This document shows, in pieces, positions 53,101 through 64,000 of a DNA stretch of 64,000 bases. Both the position numbers and the translations under genes were made by a program. The notes beneath the pieces are model-generated. The model was not told the origin of the DNA. It worked only from the letters and a program-made list of their open reading frames with translations, and did no database searches. Source of the stretch: Trichoplax adhaerens (lineage: Eukaryota; Animalia; Placozoa); assembly GCF_000150275.1 (NCBI RefSeq), contig NW_002060946.1, positions 6,987,855-7,051,854 of the forward strand, read 5' to 3'. Every line of letters begins with the position of its first letter. The first letter of the stretch is position 1.

Positions 53101-56100
53101 TAAAAGTATAGATAGGGATTGCAATACCTTATGAGCAGGTAGATCAGAATGGATAAGAATAGACATATAACCGAAATACCACAGCAAGCGTGTGTTAGCC
53201 ATTGCAAGGCAAATAAATGTTTTTCTGTAATCTGAAAAAAAAGAAATTGTCGTTAAATTTATATCACTTAATTATTTTATAATTTCACCATAGATTTAGA
53301 TCAGGGTTGATGGTTTGATTATAGGTATAATTACAATTATTCATGTTACTGCTGCATATTTAACTAACGTTAGCTGGAACAACGTTCATTAATATTGTAA
53401 AATGGGTTAAATGACTGCATTGACAGCGTGTGTGGGTTTTATTCCAAGTGATTACTTTGCACCCTTCACTAGACCACTGGCCAGATTCAATGTCTGAGGA
53501 TCTAAAAAATTGGTGGCAACATTTTCACTTAAAGCATAGTTAATGCTAGTTATTGTATTTTATTTTGTTTGCTTATTGTGCTTATAATTAGAGTGCCGCA
53601 GCAAGAAGTAAAGTTTTATCATTTTTAGATTGAGCTAAAAATAATTGCAATGAAATGATTATATTATAACGCAATATATTGAGAGTGAGAGTAATGACAA
53701 TATATTTTATGATTTATCAACTCTATATGGCTATAATACAATATCACTTTAAAGTAAACTAATGGTATGAGGATATCAAATAAAATTTTCCGTTGTAATA
53801 TTCTATTACTGAACTATACTCTATCTCTTTATCTAATGCAAACATTTATAGCCAGTGAATCGGTATTACTTTATTTCCTTCAGATATTAGAGCCAACTAA
53901 ATTAATTAAACATGATTTTCTAAAGTTGTAAGATTAAAATCAGACCTCTTTGATGCTGTGAAATTCCAGAAGACGCAACTTGGTCGATAGCTATCGTTAA
54001 AATCCGCCTAGAAAAATTTGAAATGATGCAGATTCTTTTAAAATTAAATTGCCTTCGGCAATAAGAGAAAATTGAATTAAATATGATTCACAATTAGCAT
54101 AAGTACTTTGTTATAGCTCATTCCTCACAATTTGCACTGATTAATATATCAATCAGATTAGATATACTTCACTTACATTATCGTGCGATATAATAAACAA
54201 AAATGGATTTGAGATGCTCAACTGTGGAGGAGGCTGCATTGTACAGCCTAAGATCGGCGAATTTATATAATTTTGACAATCCTTTTGTGTTGTTCTAGTT
54301 TGGTAACGAATAGTAAATATTTTATTGGATAAATTAACTGGTGTTTCATGGTTCAGAATTGATATTAAATAATATTTCAATATTAAAATTATGCTCAAAT
54401 TAGATATGTTTTACTTGTTAACTTCCGGCGAGAAAGCTTTGCTATTCATTAACAATTGCAGGGAATTGTATGTAGTAATTGTCATTACTACGTTATCGGC
54501 TGTAATAGTGAAATAAATGGAATTGGCCAAGTATAATTGGAACGGGTGAGAACTTGTATCAAAGTTAGCTTGCAGAAAAGGCTGTAAGTGAATTAAGTTA
54601 TTTCAATCTATACATATGCCTAAACCCTTACCACTTTCGTTGGCTAATGCGGAAGATGGCATCATTATCTCATAATTACTAGCAGTAGATGAATAGTTAC
54701 CGATATTGGATGTTCTGGTAAATCCAACTGATCGAAATTGGATTGGAGAATATTTTTGAATACTAATAGCTATTGCAAACCGATAAAATCACAAAACCTC
54801 ACGGTTAGAAATAGTAAGAAATTGTCGCATGCAATCAGTTTAATTAACAAATAAAGAAAATTCTACAAAAATTTGAGCTAAGTTTGATCAATATCTTTAT
54901 AAGCTTGAAATTTCTGTGCGGATAAATAAATAATTATTCAAATGAAAAGCTATCACTATCTGTACAATTACTTACATAAATCCGGAGATTCATATTCAAA
55001 AGAGCCATTTACAGGCAAAACTTTACCAACGTTCTCAGAAATGACGTCGGTTAATTTCAAAACACTAGACGCCATTGCAGATTGCTAATAATTTTTAATA
55101 TATTTATCAATTGAAGGCAATATAACAGGGGTTACTTTAATATTACTGAATGCTAGCATATATGGAAAGATGTATGGCATGCTAGTTCAATAACCTTGGA
55201 AGCTTCTTTCCAGGCATTCTGATGATTTACTGATACTACAGAGCTAACAGAATGGAGCATTGCCTTCATGAAGTAAAATTGAAAATTATCTTAGTATCGA
55301 AGTTTTCAATTGTTTAATAGTCCTGCTTATCTGCCATAAATCAAAAAGTAAAATGGAGTTCAAGAGAAGACCATGAACAACCTTAAAATACGCAGGCCTG
55401 CTATCGGATGGTATAGAGGCAATATATGTTTCTTGGCTCAATTTCGTTAAAACAAAGCTTGTTAGTATAATATCTCCCGACTTTTTTGTTGCATTATGGT
55501 CCAGAGCTTCTTGTAATCGATGAAGCATAAGGGTTGCTGTACCGCCTGTGGTCTGTGCTTCCTTGTTTAGCAGCTAAAAATACGGTTTCATTAAGGAGTC
55601 CAATTTACTATGAGCAGCTTTACAGCTTGTTTAAATAATACAGCAATAGATATCAATATAAAACTGAACCTCATTATAAATAAATTGGAAAGACGTGGAC
55701 AAATTTCCTTGATCGAGGTTTAGTGTCGCTGAATAGTTAGCTGTGGTATTTACTTGCCATAAAGGATTTGAAGTAGGGCTGAAATGTGTCGTTAAAGTAC
55801 TACCTAATAAAGATGCTGATTATAGTAAAAATTTTCTAGATTTTAGATATCGAGAATAAAATATCAATTCGAACTTGTAGTCAAATGTAAAATAGGAAAT
55901 CGCTAAAGTTATGGTATTTTATTCTTATTTTATTCTTATAACTACACAAGTATGGTACTACAGACTAATTATTAAATTTCAAAACCTTTAATTCCAAGAT
56001 CTACATTACTTAGGAACATAGGTGCTGTAGTTGAATTAAGATTATGGAACTGAATTTATTCTTACAACTTGATTGCTCCAAATCTGTAGTTACACTTGGT

Positions 56101-59100
56101 GTAGTTGTTGAGCTTGAACTAGACCTAGAAGCATCATGAGAATCGGTCAATTTTTCAGTAGCCGTTGGGTCGATATAAATCCCATGTAGGATATTAGAAG
56201 GAATTAAAGTTGATGAAGTCGATTGTAATGAAACTGTTACATAGGCTTGTGCACTTTCATGTTCTTTTTGTGACACGCCGTTTAATTCTGACATGGTCAG
56301 TGCCGATTTAGTTGTGTAGAGCGAGTAGTATTCTGAATCTTGAAGATTTGCTGTGAAAGTATCCTCAGTCTTTGTTCCTAAGTATGAGCTGGACCAGCTA
56401 GGATATAGAAAACCTTCTTCTTGATCCTGGCTAGACTCACTACTTCTTTGATGAGTTACTGAAACTGCAATTGACATTGCCGAGGTAGTTGAAAGATCAT
56501 CATGATCTGTATACTCACTATAATATGTAGGTTTTAAAGGAGATGAAAACTGATGTGTTATAGGTGTTTTTTCATTTGATTGGCCAGAATGAATTTCTTC
56601 GGAAATGGAGGGTGGGTGACTTAAACTGGACGTCGAAATATTTTTTTGAATCGGATCTCGTAAATCCAGTGTTATAAGTGCAGGTGCGAATATATTGTCA
56701 TCATCGGCAATTAGAGTAGAATTTTGAAGTAAATCTTTTGTGGTAGAAGCTAAGATATCCTGGTCGAAGTTTTCAGTGATCGAAGGATAAGTCACTGTAG
56801 AGGATGTTGAATGATGATATGAATATGGTTTGGCAAAACTACCATCAATAATTTCGACAGAAGTAGACGCTATAATCGATGAAGAAGTAATAGAAGCCGA
56901 TATAAGATCATTATTGGTTGTTAAAGTATTCAAAGCAAAGCTTAAACTATTATTGGCAAGATTACTAGTCGTAGTCGTAGTCGTAGTCAATGCAGTACTA
57001 TTCGTGGCATAAGTAATAGCGATTGCAATAGTATTGGTAGTAGTGGCAAATGCAGTCAGGGCGGTAGTTTTATTAGCGCATATGGTTGTTCCGATAGTTG
57101 TTATTATAATAGTGGTAGTGTTTGCAGCTACAGCGATAGTTGTATCTGTAGTTATTGGCAAAGCTATCGGACTCGTTGTCGCTGTAGAAATAGTTTTCGT
57201 ATTGGTAGTGATGGTATAAGTCATGATAGCTATATTACCTGTTCGTTGCGAATATAATTCATGATATGTCGTCGATGTACCAATATAATAGTTAGATGAT
57301 TCGCTTGGCAGATCAGATTTTGGAGTTGCATGATGAACCGTTAGGGCAATGCTCGAGCCTGTATTTACATAGTCAGTTGCTACAGACATCCACTGGGAGA
57401 TATTGACAGATATTCTATGAAGGGGCTCGGTAGCAGAAGTATCTATAGCATGCGATGGCAACATTTGGCTTGCACTGCTAGTTGTACCATTAATAGACGA
57501 TGTAGATTGAGAAGCAGCTAAACTTGAAGCTATAGATGTAAATAAAGACAAAATATAATTCAGTTCATATTCTGTGCAAATCTCAGTGACGGTATCTGAT
57601 AGCATTTGCATACAGAAGGTATTTCGTAATAAACAATTCCTGGATTGCTGAACAAGCTTGATAAAATCAGGAATAACATAATGATGGGAAAGGTATTAAT
57701 ACTTATTGCAATATAAATTGAAATAAACACGTAACATAAATCGAAATTTAGTTTATTGGTAAATAAAACTATCGTTTGTAAATCATAATTATTAGTTTTT
57801 CGCGTACTTAAATGATAGCTATCTATTTAAATGGAAACCATCTGTGCGAGATATATAACAAGGATACAATGTTATGGAAGTATCACGAATTTTACGAATA
57901 ATCTACACATCGTACAGGTATATGAAAATTAATATTTCTAAATTGAAATTATTATTTGCTCATGTGCTTAGATGGAAGCCATCTAGGCGAGCTATACAAC
58001 AAGGACGAAAGATTACGAAAGGATCATGAATTATACGAGTATATGTACTTCTGCAGCGTCAAATTTGTTTGTATTACTGCGGTATTTTCGTCTATTACGT
58101 AATAAAATTATCATAAAGGATTTAATAAACAGTAGATGAGAGCAGTTTGATCATTACAATGTTATATTCAAAACCACATCCCAAACTTGGATGAACTTAT
58201 AAATGGATTTAGATGCATATTAAGATCAGTTTGGGCTTACCATGCGAAGTTGTGACCACAGTAGGTTGGATAACTGAGGACGAGGAAGCTAGGAAATCAC
58301 ATAAAACTCAGTCACTAAACTGAAGCTATCAGCAGCAGACTGTTATCATTATGAGCTGCCTTTTTTAGTTAACGATCTTTTCAAAATTAAAAAATATTCC
58401 CTAGTTTTCATTAGATGTTTGCCTTAGCGATCAAAGATAATTTATACTTACTGAGTGTGAGCGATAAACTTAAATGCGAAGTAGAAAGTATTTGAATGGC
58501 ATCTACGTAAAAAATCATTCAATATAAATATATTATGATATGCAATCAAAAGAATTTTAATTATTGGCAAAAGAGGATAGAAATGGCAACCACGGTACCG
58601 AGATGAAGTACTGACAGATATGATTGCCCTCAATATCATATGGTGCTCTCTATTCGTTATAAAGGTGTATTGTAAGTCAATTTGATTCTAATTTTTCTGC
58701 TTTAATTTGTTTAGCAATCTAATTTATAATATAGATAATTTAATATTGACTATAAAAGCACTAAATTGACTGATTTATGAAAGCTATATCAATTTTGCTG
58801 TATTTAGATAAATATCTTGAATTTCACTGCCGTGTAATCTTATGAGTATACAGTTCTAGTCTGTATGATATTCATCACCTCTCTGGCAAAATGCATATGC
58901 ACTGCCGTTACACTGTCGAGTATACCAAAACCATGAGGCACTACCATGTTTAATGTAGACACAATCATTGTCACCATCACTAGGTTCTAGAGTTCCCCAA
59001 TTTGTAAAATGGACTGCAGTTCGATTATTTTGAATCCATACGAAGCCTTCAGAGCTGTTTCTATTAAATACATCTCGTAGACCGATCCAATATTCACGAT

Positions 59101-59690
59101 AAATATTTAAATTTTGCGTAGCATAAACCATTTTATGCAGCGTATCAAGTTCAGTTAAGTTTCCTCCTCCGTTCTGGTAGCATTCAAACATGGCCGAGGA
59201 AAATTTTGCTTGGCCGCTTTCAATAGGCCCATAGCATAAATTATCATAGGATATGTAGTTTAACGGACAGAAGCTCACGATGTGACCTTTAAAATCCAAA
59301 TGTACGCGTATATCAGAGATTAGTTATCAGACCTACTGATTAAAAATACCCTAACGAATTCAAAAGTACATTCGTCTGAATAAGGTGCACTTGACCGTAT
59401 TACATCAATGACGATCTCCATAAGCAAAATGTACCGGTAAAATGAATCTATCAGCCGATTATTTTATTCGAAGTAGTTATTAATCATCAAAGAAACAAAT
59501 TCAAATTAAGTATAGTCTTACTTGCGGTGACATGGTAGTGGAGCAGCCGATAGATGAAAAAGACCTAGATGAAATTTCAAGCAATAACATTCTGTTATTA
59601 GGACTGATCTTAATTTTTCATAAGCTTACAGAAGCTAATTTTGGCAAGCAAGCAGCCAGTATATAAAGAAAAAACCGAAAAGCAATTCAT
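50183..59690 (-). CDS. Adhesion GPCR B: C-type lectin domain - mucin stalk - GAIN/GPS - 7TM (paralog of A)
   Basis: Putative signal exon from 59690 ([20 protein letters not shown]; uncertain); CTLD 59286-58879 ([32 protein letters not shown]); 58288-58241; mucin 57529-56066; GAIN exons ~55803-53946 ([33 protein letters not shown]); GPS 53501-53369 (GQWSSEGC...CQCSHL|THFTILM); TM exons 53231-53128, 52711-52606, 52411-52261 ([19 protein letters not shown]), 52150-52084, 51978-51912 (CWLS..WTFVGP), 51720-51623, 51283-51157 ([11 protein letters not shown]), 51070-51029, ~50912-50808. Tail exons ~50689-50608 and ~50253-50183 are tentative (would end ...FASSII*). Confidence 0.93.
57825..58050. repeat. 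Intronic tandem duplication (~142-bp period)
   Basis: atggaaaccatctgtgcgagatatataacaagga...atcacgaattttacga (~57830-57900) vs atggaagccatctaggcgagctatacaacaagga...atcatgaattatacga (~57972-58040). Confidence 0.75.
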
Positions 59691-60201
59691 ATTTTACATG
59701 TGCAATGACTGAATTTCTTAAGCAATCGCTTTATTTTCGAATTTGTTTATTTTTTATCGCGCTTATCACCAAAGATTTAATAAAAAGGTTAAAAGATACC
59801 GTACTGTACTTTTCCATGCACTCGGTAAAAATAAGGTAATTATGAATTTCTAAACTCCTTCTGCTAATATTTGATATTCACACTTTAATCCAAGATTTTA
59901 ACTCTTGTATTACGATAATACTTCGACTCGCTACAGTGTAGAAACTTTGACCGTCCGGTATCGATATTTTAGGCCATAGAATAATCTGATGCAGGGTTAT
60001 GAGGAATATTATAACATTTCCAAATGCTATCTTAAATATTCTTACTTAGAAAGTACTGATAGAATTAGTAGTCCTAACGTAAAAAATATTCTGTGAGACA
60101 CCTTCCCAATTGAATTAAATTACGTAATTAACAATTCCTCTAAGCGAAGGTCCGCAAAATTAGATCCTATCCAAGGTTTAACGTGAGAAGCTTCATAATG
60201 A

Positions 60202-60302
60202 TCTTTCTACTATTTAAGTTCGTTTCTATCAAATGGTAATACTATCTGTTAAATGAGCGCATTATCGTAAACCGTAAGCAAAGCGAAGGGAGTTTGCACT
60301 AG
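60202..60302 (+). mobile_element. Miniature non-autonomous Helitron-like element (~101 bp)
   Basis: A|TCTTTCTACTA...CTAG|T junctions with no TSD. The last 78 bp match 5022-5099. The subterminal hairpin is partly decayed (ccgtaagcaaagcgaagg). Confidence 0.65.
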
Positions 60303-63300
60303 TGCTACTTGAAAGCTAGTCGCTACTTGAATGTCTAGAATTTAGAAACAACGACAATAATTTTGACCAAACAATTGCCCTGCTTCAAAAATCTATGAGG
60401 ACGTTCAAACTTTTAATTAAAATCACCTATCTATACGATACTTGTATCTGATTTTAAAGCATAAGCATATTTCTACTTGTCGAATCAATGGAGAATGGCT
60501 TCCGTGTTTGATTCCTAGACTGTTAGCAATCTATTTGAATAAATTTAAAAATGTTACACTACCTAGCGACAAATTACAGTGTGACCAGTACCAATAAAGC
60601 CAAAAGTAAAATAAGAAACACTAAAGAATTGACTTTACGAGTACATGTAACCATTAAGTAGACATATATCGCCTTTCTTAAAAATTAACAAGTTCTTTGT
60701 TGGCTAAAATGCGACGTAGCATACCCATATATAACCTACTCTCTAATTTATTTTTTTACATTGCAAATTAAAGATCTTTCTACATAAAACAAACTATTTG
60801 AACATTGGCGTTTGATCCTGTTTTGAATCAATTTTTACCCTTAAAATGTTTCTAATGCATCAAATATTCAGCATCAAGACTTCATTTTAGCTTTCATGCT
60901 GTAAAATATATACTTTCGAATCAGTTTTAATTTTAAACATTAACAGAACAAATTTTTTAATTTATTTAATGTAAGAATTAGCAGTATCTTATATCAATTT
61001 TTTTATATGTAAGAACTAAATTATATTTATACGCGTAATTGAGGCAGAGTTAAATTATATTATATAAATATTATTACCTTTGATCAATTTATTGGAATAA
61101 AATGTTTATAAGTCGAATTCATAATCTTACTTTCAAATACTAACTACAATGTCCAGACGAATTTTATTTGAAAAATTTCAACTTAAGCAGAACAATGTTA
61201 TTTATTTTACTACAAAAATACTGACTTACCCATATAAACGGTATAAACATCATGGATAGCGGTATTAAGAGTGAAGATTAGGTTAATTTTATTGAATGCT
61301 TGTATACAATTCCTTGATGTAATCGTTGCTTATTATAATATATCATAGTTTAAACTGGTTTTAAAGTTCTAGTAAGAACAGTGTCTGTACGAATACCTGA
61401 TTTTTTACATACGATAAAATTAAGATAGAAATGTCAGGTATCACAACGTAGGTAGCAATTAGACGATTGATGCAAGTAGCTATTACGAAAACTCAGCCAA
61501 ACAACTCGGTTTTAGCTCAACAGATTGATGAGTATATTTTAAGAAGTATATTAAGGGTACACCAGTATCAGCATACCAGATTTAGCTAATTTATCGGAGC
61601 GAAAGCTAAAATTACTTTCCTTGTAGTTTAGGTTCATAATAATTGAAAGAGTTCAAATTGCCATCGTTCTGTAGGTATTATATATTCAATATTTGATGTC
61701 GGTCTAGCTGTGCTATAACAAATATCAGAAATACTTATTGCATGCATGTGGAAAATAGAAAGTACGAATCATCAGAATAAAAGATTTCAAAAGTTTATTT
61801 ATCAAGATTTTAAGGAATATTGTTTTAAATATAGATGAGTAAATAATATAGATAAAAGATTACGTTAAAAATAAAATATTCAGTTTTAAGAAGGAATTTA
61901 ATATCAACTTTTAAATTCATAGACTAAGCAAGCATTAATAATTTATACATATCTTTGTAGTGTTTTATGGCACAATCTTTTCAGTATTACGATTTTTGTT
62001 TTCACATAGGATATTAGATTTTATTTTTAAAATACAAACTAATCTAATATTCAAAGTCTAAGTTAATTTCTTACGAGTTACTAAAGTATTTTAATCATTT
62101 AAAATAATAGATGCAGTAAATAGTTTAAATGTGCAATAATACTATATAGGTTTAGTGAAAATGGTTGCTGATTAAGTTAGAATTATAAAACTACTCTTTC
62201 GGATGGGGGTATATGAATCATTTAGGCACATAATTTGTAAAAGATTAAAGGTTGATTCGTACTATTATCATTAGCTTTGTATTTGTCACAATTTATGCTT
62301 AGTGGTAAGGAAACGTAACTTAAAAGCCTTTGAGTAATTACTGAATTTGAAGCTCCTTTACCAAACATTAAAAACACACGGCAAGGTAACGTAAAGATAG
62401 AACTTTTATTAGGATAGGCACTTCTATAACTTTTCACATATTCACTGCTAAACTCAAAATGTTCCATTTATATAGGAATCTTCTAAATTGTAAATAACAG
62501 CAGTATTATTATTGGACCATACTGGAAGAGACATCTCCAGTCGTGATGTTCCTTACATAGCTTNTTCGTCAGTAAATATTTTTAACTTATCATTCGTATT
62601 TAATCTTAATCTAAGCAAGTATGTTGTCTAGTTCAGCTATCATTAGCTGAAACTGCCTATGTCTAATTACAATTAGAAATAGTTCCTACGTTAATAAAGT
62701 GAACAAACCTTATCTGAAAATATTAATTTGAATTCTTTAAACCGTGAAAATAATACAACTTGACAGGGATATGGCATTCCCTATACTTACTACAATTCAT
62801 AACAGTTTAAATATTTTAATATATGCAGCGAAGTGGTATTGAGGACGATCATCATATTTCCTTTTTAGGTTAAGCCTAAAGTAACATTATAACTTATTAC
62901 ATTAGAGGAATACAACATTTAATTCATAATCATTATCAATCATGATCATTTAGGTTGATGATCTATAAACAGTAATATGTGTGAAGGATGAATCAATCTT
63001 TCAATGAATAATGTGAGCATATTTCATTTAACTTAATGAATCTATTATTATTTTAATTAAAATAGAAATTTGTATAGTTATTTATGTACCCTTGCAGTTT
63101 ATTTATATTAATAAATAATTTATGGCGTTAGAAAAATATCAATTACAAACGTAATTCTTTTTACGGTCTACTTATTTAACTGAATGCGATATCATAATAT
63201 AATTAAATTGAAATTTAAGCAGTTACAGTAAATTTTTTTGAGATACTGAATATTTAATAATATATTTTTGGTACGTAATAATTTATTATACAGCATGTGA

Positions 63301-64000
63301 ACAAAGAAAGTGGCAAAAGCTTTAAGCAATTTCTCAATTTGATCTATCGACGAGTATTAATGAACAATTTGTTTGATAACTTCAAGTTAGGTACAAAAAT
63401 TATTTGGATTTTATGATTTTTGGGAGTATGAGAAATTATATTTACTTTCGTACATTTTGACATCTTATGTTTTTGAATCAAATAGTAGCGTTTTTAGATC
63501 AAAATTTTGTAAATTTTCCGTATATAAATTACGTTAGAGATTTTGACGGTGCATTTTGTATATTTTTATCTTAATTTATAAATCTTAATTATAATTATGA
63601 ATATAAATAGTCAAAATTACAATCAATAGAAAAAGGGAGTAGTTTATGCTGCGATGTACCAAATTATGGAGATATAGGCAAGATACACTACTGTAGTTTA
63701 TTTAAACAAAGTAAAATGAATATCTACCTAATGAGGTCCAGTCTGTTCTGCAAATGCATTCATCTGTGCTAATACCATAATTAATACGCTTAGACACTAA
63801 TCATAGCATGTCCACACTATATTATTGAAAGAAAAGTATTACCTAATAGGCACATTCACTACTCGGAAATCTTTTAAAAATAAAAATTTCACCAACCATA
63901 TTCATTATATATTTGGTAATGGTCAGAAAAGGGCAATTTTGGGTATTTTCTTGTATAATACGACTTAAATTGACGTAAACAAGAATGATAGACTTTAATT

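Noticed and set aside
62222-62467. 81-aa minus-strand ORF, and other short AT-rich ORFs (2715, 7775, 22478, 27522, 41124, 43194, 58448)
   Set aside because: No recognisable motif or consistent exon chain; compatible with chance ORFs.

Overview
AT-rich eukaryotic (animal) genomic DNA with many short GT-AG introns. The composition and gene repertoire suggest a placozoan such as Trichoplax, but this is an inference. Manual exon reading gives five intron-containing genes, all for secreted or cell-surface proteins, most of them poorly shown by the ORF track: (1) a CUB-trypsin zymogen (+, 5' end outside the window); (2) adhesion GPCR A, with C-type lectin, ~800-aa mucin stalk, GAIN/GPS and 7TM (-, ~6.9-18.8 kb); (3) a modular EGF/SEA-like/mucin protein (+, 31.2-37.9 kb); (4) a 5-Ig single-pass receptor with a C-terminal PDZ-type motif (+, 41.8-47.1 kb); (5) adhesion GPCR B, a paralog of A with matching exon sizes (-, ~50.2-59.7 kb). 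Mobile DNA comprises two solo-LTR-like elements (TG...CA, each with its own 5-bp TSD) and two tiny Helitron-like elements. There are also several decayed tandem duplications and an unexplained GC-richer, hairpin-rich non-coding block at ~39.6-41.6 kb. All gene models are read by eye, and terminal exons are less certain than core exons.
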